64,000 bases of DNA from Rhodospirillales bacterium CG15_BIG_FIL_POST_REV_8_21_14_020_66_15 (GCA_002781745.1 PFFW01000154.1:6515-70514), one strand, 5' to 3'. Counted from the first letter of the stretch, positions 29,174 to 38,550 are shown. Numbers and translations are program-made. Notes: generated by a model from the letters alone, not told the origin.

Positions 29174-29886
29174 GATCGGGCGGGCGCCTCGGCCGAGCGG
29201 CGGGTCTTTTCGAAGATTGCGCGGGCCATCATCAAGTCCAGTTCGCTGTCGATGTCGACGGATCGCTCCATCGGCATGACGCAGGCGATGGTGTCGTTAC
29301 CGTAGAAGGTTCGGCGTTCGCGAAACCAGTCCGTCCGCGCGACATAGACGGCGCCGTTGGGAAGGTAGGCGGGCGGGATGTCCTGGCGCCGGGTGTGCAG
29401 CCCGTCACCCGGGATGACCGGCGTCAGCCGGCCGTCCGGCCGCAGGCGGCAGATCCATTCCGGCGGCTTTGGCGTCTCGCAGACCGTGACCGCGCTGCTT
29501 GCGTCGGGCCGGCAGGCCTCGATGCAGGCGTCGATGTCGGCGCCGCTGCGCAGCGGCGAGGTCGCGGCCAGCAGCACGACGTAGTCGAAATCTCCGTCCA
29601 GGGAATCCATCGCGTGGATCACGGCATCGGCGACCGGGGCCTCGTCCGTGGCCAGGTTCGAGGGGCGGCGGAACGGCGCCTCGCATCCGGCGGTTCGCGC
29701 GGCGTCGATGATGGCGTCGTCGTCCGACGACAGGATGACCCGGTCGAGATGGCGCGACGCCTGCGCCGCCGCAACGCTCCAGGCGACAAGCGGCCTTCCG
29801 CCCAGGTCGGCGATGTTCTTTCCCGGCAGGCCCCTGGAGCCGCCGCGGGCGACGATCACGCCCAGGCAAGTCTTTCCGTCTATCAT
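29170..29886 (-). CDS. Acylneuraminate cytidylyltransferase (NeuA/LegF family)
   Basis: IVARGGSRGLPGKNI, SSDDD, TSPLR, NGAVY, SVDIDSELD. ATG 29886. Confidence 0.92.
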   Translation of the reverse strand: MIDGKTCLGVIVARGGSRGLPGKNIADLGGRPLVAWSVAAAQASRHLDRVILSSDDDAIIDAARTAGCEAPFRRPSNLATDEAPVADAVIHAMDSLDGDFDYVVLLAATSPLRSGADIDACIEACRPDASSAVTVCETPKPPEWICRLRPDGRLTPVIPGDGLHTRRQDIPPAYLPNGAVYVARTDWFRERRTFYGNDTIACVMPMERSVDIDSELDLMMARAIFEKTRRSAEAPARS

Positions 29887-29934
29887 CGTGATGGTAAGCC
29901 GAACGTGGGGTCCGCAGGCGCCATGTCGCCCAGG

Positions 29935-29946
29935 CACGCTACCGCA
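29935..29946 (-). promoter_or_regulatory. ops-like element (RfaH loading / pause site)
   Basis: Minus (non-template) strand reads TGCGGTAGCGTG, 11/12 identical to the enterobacterial ops GGCGGTAGCGTG. It lies between the rfaH-like gene and the first biosynthetic gene. Confidence 0.75.
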
Positions 29947-29975
29947 CTCCGGGTGACGGCGATTCGCCCGGAGTG
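29945..29975 (-). promoter_or_regulatory. Leader hairpin immediately 5' of ops (JUMPstart-like architecture)
   Basis: CACTCCGGG (29945-29953) is the exact reverse complement of CCCGGAGTG (29967-29975). The stem extends by two further inner pairs after one mismatch on the minus-strand transcript. Confidence 0.6.
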
Positions 29976-30026
29976 GCCGGATGCCAAGATGCGGCCAACG
30001 GCCGCAATTGCCGCCGGCCGTCTACC

Positions 30027-30518
30027 TCAGGCAGCGGTGACGGCGTGACCAGGCAGGCGTGTGCGGACGACACGCCCCATGAACTCAAGAAGCAGGACGA
30101 CACGCTGTTCGTCGTCGACGCATTCGAACAAGCCCTCCAGCTCGGCGAACGGGCCGTCGGTGATGCACAGCTTCTGTCCCTTGACGAATTCCGGCGGCGC
30201 GATCTGGACGATGCCTTCACGTTCGCGCCCGTGGATGGCGTCGACGACATCGTTGGGAATGGCGATGGGATCCGGGCCTTCGCTCAGGAGATAACTCACC
30301 CCGATCGTACCGTTTATCGACCGCCATCTTTGCGTTTCCGGATCCAGGCGAACGAAGAGATACCTGGGGAATAGCGGCGTCATCACCGTGTATATCCTGC
30401 GGGCGTGGCGGCACTGCTTCTGGTATCGCGGCAGATAGGCGTCGAAGCCCTGCTTCGCCAAATTTCGAAGGGCCACCTGCTCCTTGTGAGGCTGGGTATA
30501 GACAACGTACCAGTTCAT
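30027..30518 (-). CDS. rfaH: RfaH-like NusG paralog (transcription antiterminator)
   Basis: WYVVYT, NLAKQG, PLFPRYLFVRLDPE, SINGTIGVS, KOW-like ITDGPFAELEGLF. ATG overlaps the marR stop. Confidence 0.85.
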   Translation of the reverse strand: MNWYVVYTQPHKEQVALRNLAKQGFDAYLPRYQKQCRHARRIYTVMTPLFPRYLFVRLDPETQRWRSINGTIGVSYLLSEGPDPIAIPNDVVDAIHGREREGIVQIAPPEFVKGQKLCITDGPFAELEGLFECVDDEQRVVLLLEFMGRVVRTRLPGHAVTAA

Positions 30519-31180
30519 TGGCCGTGCACTCCCGATTCCTTGGCCGGCGCAACGCTGATCCGTACGAGCTTGGGCGCCAAGACCCGGTCGGCCGGCAATA
30601 GGTCGGTCAATTTGTCGTACGCGGACTGCGGATCGGTCAGGTCCGTGATTACGACGGCGTGGGGGCGCTGGGCAGGCGGGATCGCCTCGAGCGTCTGGAA
30701 CACCGGCAGGTCGCAGAACGCGGCTTCATTGCGGCCCGGGTCCAGAACGCCGACGATCGTGACATCGGTGCCGGTGGTCGCCAACGAGGCGATTTCCGCA
30801 AGTTCCGTGGCGCCGACGACGACCACCCGCCGCCACCCGCGCGTTGCGCAGTAGCGGAATATCTCGGTGTATTCGTGGCGCGCCGTCCGGTAGAACTGCA
30901 AGGAATGGCTGAGGTATTCGGCGGTCAGGCGGCTCTTTTCGGCGAACCCCTGCGGCGTCAGGTAATAGGCGTAACGCTTTGCGGGAATCTGGCTGATCTT
31001 CAGCAGCCCCTTCTTTACGCACCGCTTCAGGACCGCGTTGGTCAGTCCCAGGGCCACGCCCAGATGTTCCGCCAGCCCGCGCTGCGAGATGGTTTCGTCT
31101 TCGGCGACCGCATCCAGAAGGTCCAGGGTGGTTTCCACCATCTGGTTGTGGTTTTGCGCGTCGAATTTTCCGTTCGCCAT
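30515..31180 (-). CDS. MarR-type winged-helix regulator (EPS-associated type) with C-terminal Rossmann-like domain
   Basis: ISQRGLAEHLGVALGLTNAVLKRCVKKG, YAYYLTPQGFAEKSRLT; C-terminal VVVVGATELAE. Confidence 0.85.
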   Translation of the reverse strand: MANGKFDAQNHNQMVETTLDLLDAVAEDETISQRGLAEHLGVALGLTNAVLKRCVKKGLLKISQIPAKRYAYYLTPQGFAEKSRLTAEYLSHSLQFYRTARHEYTEIFRYCATRGWRRVVVVGATELAEIASLATTGTDVTIVGVLDPGRNEAAFCDLPVFQTLEAIPPAQRPHAVVITDLTDPQSAYDKLTDLLPADRVLAPKLVRISVAPAKESGVHGQ

Positions 31181-31189
31181 GGCGCCCTC

Positions 31190-31228
31190 TGTTCAAGATG
31201 TGAACATACTTCGTTCATATCTTGAACG
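31190..31228. promoter_or_regulatory. Tandem palindromic operator, two GTTCA-N5-TGAAC boxes
   Basis: TGTTCAAGATGTGAACA (31190-31206) and CGTTCATATCTTGAACG (31212-31228). The two 15-bp cores are also inverted repeats of each other (14/15). The site starts 9 bp upstream of the marR start. Confidence 0.7.
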
Positions 31229-31290
31229 TCAAGTTCCCGGTCCGGTCGCCGGAACGGGCGTCAATCGGAAAATGCTGTTGATTCCATGCC

Positions 31291-32913
31291 TTAAGATGCC
31301 GCGGGCGGTTTGGCGCCATGGTACGCTTGGCGGAACACATTGCCGCTCCGGTGCAATACCAGCGCGCGAAGCGCGTTGACGCCTCGGAAGTAGCGGTTCA
31401 GCCCGCCGTTCCACATAAGGGCGCGCATATTGCTCGCCCAGACGCGGGGAGAACTATAGTACTCCATGAACGCGCGTTTGTACCAATACTGCATCCGCTC
31501 CTTGCCGATCAGGGGATTTACGTAGATCGGGTCGTCGAAGTCGATGGAGAGAAACTCACTCCAGTCCTTGTGTTGGCGAATTCCCCCGTCCTTCTTGCAG
31601 GCGGCATATAGATCCGTCGCCGGATACGGTACCGGGAGGTAGAACAAACTCATCTGTGCCGCCAGTTTCTTGGCGTATTTGATGGTGTTGTGGACCATCT
31701 CCTCGGTCTCCCCCGGCAGGCACAGGATGAACGAGTTGGTCATCGTGATCTTTGCCTTGTGGGTCCAGTCGACGGCCTCCGCCTGGCGTTCGGCGGTGAT
31801 TCCTTTCTTGATCACCTGAAGCGACGATTCATTGGCGGATTCAATGCCGTATAGAATGTTTCGACATCCGGCTTCGTGCATCAGGGCGAGAAGGTCCGGA
31901 TCAACCCGGTCGGTTCGCGTGGTGCACGACCAAAGCAGGTCGTTGAGACCCTCCTTGATCATCATCTCGAAAACCTGGGTAATGTACTTGCGATTGATGG
32001 TGAAGGTCGAATCTTGAAAATAGATGCCTTTGGCGCCTTTCTCATACTTCAGGAGCTTCAGTTCCTCGATCACCCGGTTCGGGCTTAGCAGCCGCAATTT
32101 TTTGCCGAGCGCCACGTGGGCTTCGCAAAAGCTGCAGGGATAGGGGCAGCCGCGTTGCATCACGACCGGATAATTGGGCAGGCGGATGTATTGGGTCGGA
32201 TGGGGGATGTAGCGAGACAGGTCCAGATCGCCGAACATGCCCAATGGCAGATCGTCCAGATCGGGTAACAAGGTGCGATCCGGGTTCACCACGACCGTTC
32301 CGGCGTCGGCGCGCCACGTCAGGCCCTCGATGTTCTCGAAGGTCGTTTCTCCAGCGCTCAACGCTTCGATCAATTCGATGATCGTGACTTCGCCTTCACG
32401 GCGAATACAGAAATCGCATTCGGGCGATTCCTCGAGCGTCAACGTGGCATTTGCCGTCGCATGAACGCCGCCATAGACAATAATCGCGTTGGGAAGGACG
32501 TCGCGAACCAAGCGCGCCGTGTTGAAGACATGCGTTGCAGTCGGCGTGAACAGTGGGAGGCCGACGAAATCGTAGCGCTTTTCGCCCAGCACCCCCCTTA
32601 GATCAGCCTCGGTTATGTCGCCGAACTGAGTGTCGATGAAGTCGACATCGTACCCTTTGTGACGAAGCCAGCGGTAGATCGATATCGTGCCCAACGGCGG
32701 AAGATAACCCTGCTCGACCTTGACGCTGCCCCATGCCGCCTCCGGGGGATAGAAGGGTTCAAGAAGAAGGATATTCGGCGATGTCTTCGGAAACGCCCGG
32801 TAGCGCGACACCCTGGCGTCGTGGGCTGCCGTGTCGGACTGCCCGTCGTGGAGTTTCTCGAAGGTCGGAATTTTGATAGGACAGGTCGTTGTCTCGCTGG
32901 AAGGAACGTACAT
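31291..32913 (-). CDS. Cobalamin-binding radical SAM protein
   Basis: PPLGTISI, VYGGVHAT, RREGEVT, QRGCPYPCSFC, FQDSTF, YGIESAN. Confidence 0.9.
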   Translation of the reverse strand: MYVPSSETTTCPIKIPTFEKLHDGQSDTAAHDARVSRYRAFPKTSPNILLLEPFYPPEAAWGSVKVEQGYLPPLGTISIYRWLRHKGYDVDFIDTQFGDITEADLRGVLGEKRYDFVGLPLFTPTATHVFNTARLVRDVLPNAIIVYGGVHATANATLTLEESPECDFCIRREGEVTIIELIEALSAGETTFENIEGLTWRADAGTVVVNPDRTLLPDLDDLPLGMFGDLDLSRYIPHPTQYIRLPNYPVVMQRGCPYPCSFCEAHVALGKKLRLLSPNRVIEELKLLKYEKGAKGIYFQDSTFTINRKYITQVFEMMIKEGLNDLLWSCTTRTDRVDPDLLALMHEAGCRNILYGIESANESSLQVIKKGITAERQAEAVDWTHKAKITMTNSFILCLPGETEEMVHNTIKYAKKLAAQMSLFYLPVPYPATDLYAACKKDGGIRQHKDWSEFLSIDFDDPIYVNPLIGKERMQYWYKRAFMEYYSSPRVWASNMRALMWNGGLNRYFRGVNALRALVLHRSGNVFRQAYHGAKPPAAS

Positions 32914-33476
32914 TGGACTCTGTCCTGGGCCTGACTAAATTGTCGCGGCGAAGAGCGGGCGCTGAATGCTAACAAGCGCTTCAAACTTAAGCATATTTGA
33001 CACGCCACGGAATAACATATGGATTGTGTCTGTACTTTTCAAGGCCGACCGTGCGGCGTTGCGGAGGCCTTTCCTGAAACCCAGGGGAATTGCTTCGGAT
33101 TGACGGGTAATCCTGACGGAGGACGGCTTCGAGGTAGTCTGGATTGAGTGTGGCGAGCTTTCGTCGGACCTTAAGGCTGCGCCTGTCGTTGGCTGGCGGA
33201 TGATGTTCTCAAAGAATCACGTCCCTTTACCATTGGAAATCCCCTACCAGCCATTCCTCGTGATAAACTGAAGCGAACGCCCTGTCCCGAATCCCTTGGC
33301 CTCTAAATCGGGCCATGGTATCAACCGGCGAAAGGCAATGGCACGAGAGCCGAGGTCGGTTCGTGTTTTTCTCGAATCTGGCCGCCGCGTTTCAGGTGGC
33401 GGCATGAGACAGATGGGGGCAAACGGAGCGTGCCCGCTTCCGAGAACTCGCGAGGTGCGGTGAGCGCGGATTAGTC

Positions 33477-34568
33477 ATGATAAAAAGCGCATCGCTGGCA
33501 AAGAACGTCTACCTGACCCGCCGCAACCCGATAAGTTTGGTGCATTTCGTCACCAATCGGTGCAATGCTCGTTGTTCTTTCTGCTTCATCGATTTCGACG
33601 ATCCCGAGACTTTCCGCGGCGAACTGACCGTCGAGGAGATCGATCGATTTTCGCGCACACTCGGTCCCGACCTTCAGAACGTGAACTTGACCGGAGGAGA
33701 GCCGTTCGCGCGAAAGGAACTGCTCGACATCGCCAGAACATACTTTCGAAATACCGAGATTCGGTCGATTTTCATTACCTCTAACGGCAGCCTGCCGGAT
33801 CGGATGATCCCGTTTGCTAAAACGTTGACCAAAGAGTTTCCCGACCGGAAGGTGATATTTTCCTTGTCGATCGACTCCTTTCCGGAAGAGCATGACCGGA
33901 TCCGAAAAATCGACGGCCTGTTCGAAAAATGCGTGGAGTCTTATCGCGGCCTCGTCGCGGCCGGAGGGGCCACGATGGCCAATATCGCGATTACCGTTTC
34001 GCATGAGAATCATCAGATTGTCATGCCGCTCTATGAGCATCTGGTCGAAGAGTGCGGAATCAAAGCTGTAACGGCGACCATTGTCCGGGACGAGGGCGTC
34101 TATCGAATTCCCGAAGACAAGAAGAAACAGATCGCCGCAGCCTATTCTTCTCTCACCCAGCGTATTCAGAAGGATCTGCGGCAGGGCCGCCTCGACGGTT
34201 ACGATGTCGATACGTTGCAAGGCCGCCTCATGAACAAGAAGAACGTGCTCGTGAACAAGATTATCGCAGATACGTACGTGAATCCGCGATATGTCAGCCC
34301 TTGTCACGCGGGGACGCTTTTCGGTGTGATCGAAGCCAACGGGCGTGTTCGGCCATGCGAGGTGCTTGACCGGGATATCGGAAATCTCCGGGATCATGAA
34401 TACGATTTCCAGCGGATCTGGCAGAGCAAGGAAGCCAAGGATCTTGCGTCCTGGATCAAGCGTAGCCGTTGTCATTGTTCCTATGAGTGTGCTTGGAGCT
34501 TCAACGTGCTCGGCAATATGCGGTATCAGCCTGCGCTGATCGCGGCGGCACTGGGAAAATACTGGTGA
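33477..34568 (+). CDS. Radical SAM protein with SPASM/twitch domain
   Basis: VTNRCNARCSFC, LTGGEPF, ITSNG, CHAG...GRVRPCE...IGNL...CHCSYEC. Confidence 0.9.
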   Translation: MIKSASLAKNVYLTRRNPISLVHFVTNRCNARCSFCFIDFDDPETFRGELTVEEIDRFSRTLGPDLQNVNLTGGEPFARKELLDIARTYFRNTEIRSIFITSNGSLPDRMIPFAKTLTKEFPDRKVIFSLSIDSFPEEHDRIRKIDGLFEKCVESYRGLVAAGGATMANIAITVSHENHQIVMPLYEHLVEECGIKAVTATIVRDEGVYRIPEDKKKQIAAAYSSLTQRIQKDLRQGRLDGYDVDTLQGRLMNKKNVLVNKIIADTYVNPRYVSPCHAGTLFGVIEANGRVRPCEVLDRDIGNLRDHEYDFQRIWQSKEAKDLASWIKRSRCHCSYECAWSFNVLGNMRYQPALIAAALGKYW

Positions 34569-35578
34569 CGGAAACCGAATCCGCAGCCAGTGCGGTGAAC
34601 CATCTGGTGACGGTTGTCATCCCTTGCGTCGAGGTCGATCCGCTGACCGCCCGATGCGTGCACGATTGTGCCACTCTCTTTCCGGGAGTCGAAGTTCTTG
34701 TCTTCTCCGACATTCCCGATGACGGCGGCAGAGTGGCCGGGATGCGCGGCGTTCGCGTCGCGGTCACAGGAAAGGTGACGATCGCCAAGAAGCGCAATAT
34801 GGGCGCCGCGGCCTCGTCCCGGCCCTACTTGGGGTTCATAGACAGCGATGCCTATCCGACGGAGGGTTGGGTCGCAAACGCGGTCGACGTTCTCGAGCGG
34901 GAGGCCGATGTATGGGCCGTCGGGGGCCCCAACCTCTCGCCGATGGACCGACCTGCCGGAGAGCGCTATGTGGGGCTCGCCTTGAAAAGCCTCTTGGTGA
35001 GCGGTAAGTGGATCTACCGGAAGCGGATCGAGCCCGCGCGCCTCGTCGATGACTTGCCGTCATGCAATCTGATCGTTCGCCGCGATCAATATATGACACT
35101 CGGCGGGATGGACGAGGCATTGATCACGGGCGAGGACATGGAGTTCTGCGCAAGATTGCGCGCCGCCGGCGGGGCCATCCTGTATACGCCCAATGTGCTT
35201 GTCTTTCACAAGGCCCGTGATCTCAAGAACTTCATCACACAGCGCCTAACCTATGGCACCAGCGTTCCGCGATTGGTTCACCGCCGGCGTGACTTCGATT
35301 TTCTCGTATTGTGCTTGCCAGCCGCCTTCGTCGCGTTCATCGCAACGGGCCCGATCGGAACATTTTGTCCGACTTACGGATTGTTCTGGCTCTCCGTCAT
35401 GGCGGTCTACGCGATCACCGTCGGCCTGGAAGCCGTCCGACATGCTGAGAGGGCGGAGGACATCCCTGGGGTCATCCTGGCCTTGGCCGTGGGCAATCTG
35501 ATGCCAGGTGTCGGAACGTGGGCAAGGCTGTTCGGGTTTTTCCGGGACCCGTCGAACATCTATCGAAACGACCGCTAA
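34565..35578 (+). CDS. GT2 glycosyltransferase with C-terminal TM segments
   Basis: VTVVIPC, KRNMGA, FIDSDA, LPSCNLIVRR, GEDMEF. GTG 34565 overlaps the radical SAM stop. Confidence 0.85.
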   Translation: MTETESAASAVNHLVTVVIPCVEVDPLTARCVHDCATLFPGVEVLVFSDIPDDGGRVAGMRGVRVAVTGKVTIAKKRNMGAAASSRPYLGFIDSDAYPTEGWVANAVDVLEREADVWAVGGPNLSPMDRPAGERYVGLALKSLLVSGKWIYRKRIEPARLVDDLPSCNLIVRRDQYMTLGGMDEALITGEDMEFCARLRAAGGAILYTPNVLVFHKARDLKNFITQRLTYGTSVPRLVHRRRDFDFLVLCLPAAFVAFIATGPIGTFCPTYGLFWLSVMAVYAITVGLEAVRHAERAEDIPGVILALAVGNLMPGVGTWARLFGFFRDPSNIYRNDR

Positions 35579-35594
35579 CTCGCGACCGAAGTCC

Positions 35595-36458
35595 TCACGA
35601 CTTCGCCATGATCTGGCGCAGCAGGTCCGCGAGAAGGCCGAGTCCGAATACTAGTATACCGGCGATCAAGGCGCCGACCCCCATCATGAAGCCGGTGAGC
35701 AGCTTGAACGCAATCCCTATGCCGACGCTGACGGCGGCGATGAGACAGCAAAAGATGCTCATCAGCGTGAATATCTTGAGCGGGTCGTAATAGAGAATGG
35801 CCTGGACGATGTATTGCAAGGTCCTCAGGGAATCCCGCCACAACCTTACCTTCGTTTTTCCCATCCGCTCGTGATAATCGATCGGCACGTAGGCTACGAA
35901 CTTGGAGGTCATCATGTAGGCCAATGTCAACGAGGTCGTGAAACTGAAGGTGTCGCACAAGTGGCTGAAAAACGGCGTCGCTGCTGCTTTCGAAAATACG
36001 CGTAATCCGGAATTGATGTCCGGAATACTTCGTCCGGCGGTCCACTCGACTAAAAATCGCAAAAAAACTCGCATAGGCCATTTAAGCGCGGATCCGCGAT
36101 AGTGCTCCCCACGTCGCTCGCCGACGACCATGTCGAATCCCTCGTTAAAGCGGGCGAGAAGCGCCGGGACCTCCTCGATGGGATAGGTTCCGTCAGCATC
36201 GGTGATCACGATCGTGTCGTATTCCGCGGCGGAAATGCCGATCTTCAACGAACGTCCGTAACCGACGTTGTGCGGATTCCTGATAACCCGTGCGCCCGCC
36301 TTCTCGGCGAGGTCCGCCGTATCGTCGGTTGATCCGTCGTCAATCACGATAACTTCGAAGCCGGAGACCCCCGCCTTCTCCATGGTCTCGCATGCGCGGA
36401 TCATCGTATCAGCGATTGCGCTTTGCTCATTGAGCGCCGGAATGACGATGGAAACCAA
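35595..36458 (-). CDS. GT2, DPM1-like polyprenol-phosphate glycosyltransferase
   Basis: SIVIPALNE, VIDDGSTD, GYGRSLK, VITDADGTYP, DINSGLR; two C-terminal TM helices. TTG 36458 with GGAGAGG RBS. Confidence 0.88.
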   Translation of the reverse strand: MVSIVIPALNEQSAIADTMIRACETMEKAGVSGFEVIVIDDGSTDDTADLAEKAGARVIRNPHNVGYGRSLKIGISAAEYDTIVITDADGTYPIEEVPALLARFNEGFDMVVGERRGEHYRGSALKWPMRVFLRFLVEWTAGRSIPDINSGLRVFSKAAATPFFSHLCDTFSFTTSLTLAYMMTSKFVAYVPIDYHERMGKTKVRLWRDSLRTLQYIVQAILYYDPLKIFTLMSIFCCLIAAVSVGIGIAFKLLTGFMMGVGALIAGILVFGLGLLADLLRQIMAKS

Positions 36459-36481
36459 ACCCTCTCCCCCTGACTGACCGT

Positions 36482-38437
36482 TCAATCGGACTGCGGCGCC
36501 GACTGCATCGTCGTCGGCGCCGCGGCGCGTAGCGGCGCAAATACCTGGTTCTCGCGGATCTGACGCAGCCAAATACTGAAATTTATCAAGCCCAGCAGTT
36601 TCAAGCCGTTATCCTCCCGCTTGGATTCATGGTCAGCCCACAACCTGTCTACCACACTAAGTTCGAGCCAATCATCGAGAATCCGGTCGCGGGTAATGTC
36701 CTGGGCCATGTCGCGCAACTGTCCGGTCAGCCAATGCGACACCGGTGCGTTGAACCCCCTCTTCGGACGCGTCATCACCCAGTCCGGAACACGACCCTGT
36801 TGGCTTTGCTTCAGCACGTACTTCTTGGTCATGCGCCGCATCTTCATGGCGACCGGCAGCGACGCGGCGAATTCGGCGATACGGTAATCCAGCAGGGGCG
36901 TTCGGGCTTCCAATGAATGGGCCATGGTCGTTCGATCGAGCTTCAGGAGAATGTCGTCGACCAGCCACGTTTTAATGTCCGTGTACATGGCGCGGTCCAA
37001 AGGGTGGCAGTCGGCGACGGCGGCGGCGTGCGTCAGAAAAACGTCCTTTCCATCCTCCAGGGCATCGGGCTGGCGGTCACGGCGTATCAATTGCGCCTTG
37101 TCCTTGGCTTCGAATATGGTCCGCCAGAAATAATGCGCGCTGTCGGCGTCCATGTGTGCGCCGCGCAGGAATTTTCTGATCTTGTAGTCAAAACTGATCT
37201 TGTCGAAGGAAACGGGAAGCGCGGCATCGACGGCGCGCGATGCCAATTTGAAGACCCCGCCGGGAAGCCATCCGGCGAGCGCCCGCATCCGGTCGGCGGA
37301 GTAGGTTTCATAGCCGCAGAACAACTCGTCCCCGCCGTCGCCCGACAGTGCCACTGTGACGTTCCGTCGGGCGAATTCTGCAAGGTAGTAGGTCGGGAAA
37401 AATGACGTGTCGGCAAATGGCGTGTCCGCGTAATAGACCATACGGGCAAGAGTATTTTCCGGGTCCATCTCCATCGTCTGGTCGTGGTGCGGGATGTTCA
37501 AATAATCGGCCATGGCCTGGGCCTCTTCGGCCTCGTTATAGGACTTTTCCGTAAAGGCGATGCTGAACGAATGCGGCACGTCGCCGGCACTTTGCGCCCG
37601 GACAGATGCTGCGACCGCCGACGAGTCGATGCCCCCGCTGAGAAATATGCCGACCGGTACATCGCTGACGAGCCGACATGCAACCGCATCGTCGATCAGG
37701 GCACGCAATTCTTCTGAAGCAGCCCGCTCCGACTTGAAGGTCCGCTTGTTGCGAAATGCGTCCGCAAGGTCCCAATAGGAAATGGGAGACGGGCCGCCCG
37801 AGCCGTCTGCAAGGATGTAGCTTCCCGGCGGCAGGACCTGTAGGCCTTCAAGCGCCGGGGTGGAGCCCAGAACGTAGTTTAAAGACAAAAACTGACCGAC
37901 TGCCTTGGGATTCGGGTCTCTGCGGACATCGGGATGAGCAAGCAGCGACTTGACCTCGGAAGCGAACACGATGCCTCCGCTGTGCGTTCTCGACCAGAAT
38001 AGGGGTTTCTTCCCTAGCCGGTCGCGAGCGAGAAACAGGGTTCGATTTTCAGCATCCCATACTGCCAGCGCAAACATGCCGTTGAATCGCTTCACGCAGG
38101 CGGGTCCCCAGGCCTTGTAGGCCTCGATCACGACCTCGGTATCGCTGCGGGTCTTGAAATGAACGCCCTTTGCAGAAAGTTCAGCACGGAGTTCCCGGAA
38201 ATTGTAGGTTTCTCCGTTGTATACGATCCAATTTGTTGCCGACGAATCGGCCATGGGTTGGTTGGCGTGCACATTGGTGTCGATCACCGCAAGACGGCGG
38301 TGGCCCAGTACGGCGTCACCCAAGGCCACAACGGCACCGGCGTCGGGCCCGCGGTGTTGCAGACGGTCGGCCATCATCAAAACAACGGCAGGGTCCGGAG
38401 GACGGACCCAGGATATCCAGCCGCATATTCCGCACAT
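36482..38437 (-). CDS. asnB: Asparagine synthase (glutamine-hydrolysing) family amidotransferase
   Basis: MCGICG N-terminal nucleophile, RGPD, NGETYNF, RDRLGKKPL, LSGGIDSS, SGDGGDELF. Confidence 0.93.
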   Translation of the reverse strand: MCGICGWISWVRPPDPAVVLMMADRLQHRGPDAGAVVALGDAVLGHRRLAVIDTNVHANQPMADSSATNWIVYNGETYNFRELRAELSAKGVHFKTRSDTEVVIEAYKAWGPACVKRFNGMFALAVWDAENRTLFLARDRLGKKPLFWSRTHSGGIVFASEVKSLLAHPDVRRDPNPKAVGQFLSLNYVLGSTPALEGLQVLPPGSYILADGSGGPSPISYWDLADAFRNKRTFKSERAASEELRALIDDAVACRLVSDVPVGIFLSGGIDSSAVAASVRAQSAGDVPHSFSIAFTEKSYNEAEEAQAMADYLNIPHHDQTMEMDPENTLARMVYYADTPFADTSFFPTYYLAEFARRNVTVALSGDGGDELFCGYETYSADRMRALAGWLPGGVFKLASRAVDAALPVSFDKISFDYKIRKFLRGAHMDADSAHYFWRTIFEAKDKAQLIRRDRQPDALEDGKDVFLTHAAAVADCHPLDRAMYTDIKTWLVDDILLKLDRTTMAHSLEARTPLLDYRIAEFAASLPVAMKMRRMTKKYVLKQSQQGRVPDWVMTRPKRGFNAPVSHWLTGQLRDMAQDITRDRILDDWLELSVVDRLWADHESKREDNGLKLLGLINFSIWLRQIRENQVFAPLRAAAPTTMQSAPQSD

Positions 38438-38550
38438 ACTGAGTGTCACGCCTTCAGACAATTGGTGTATAGACTTGTGCCGATATTGGACAATTTTCGC
38501 AAGCGCCCCAATGCCTTGCGGATATTTAACTGAGGGTTGCGGGAGTGGAA

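Noticed and set aside
32914-33476. Cobalamin or c-di-GMP riboswitch upstream of the B12 radical SAM gene
   Set aside because: I could not find the conserved B12-box or GEMM core sequences by eye on either strand. An Infernal scan would be decisive.
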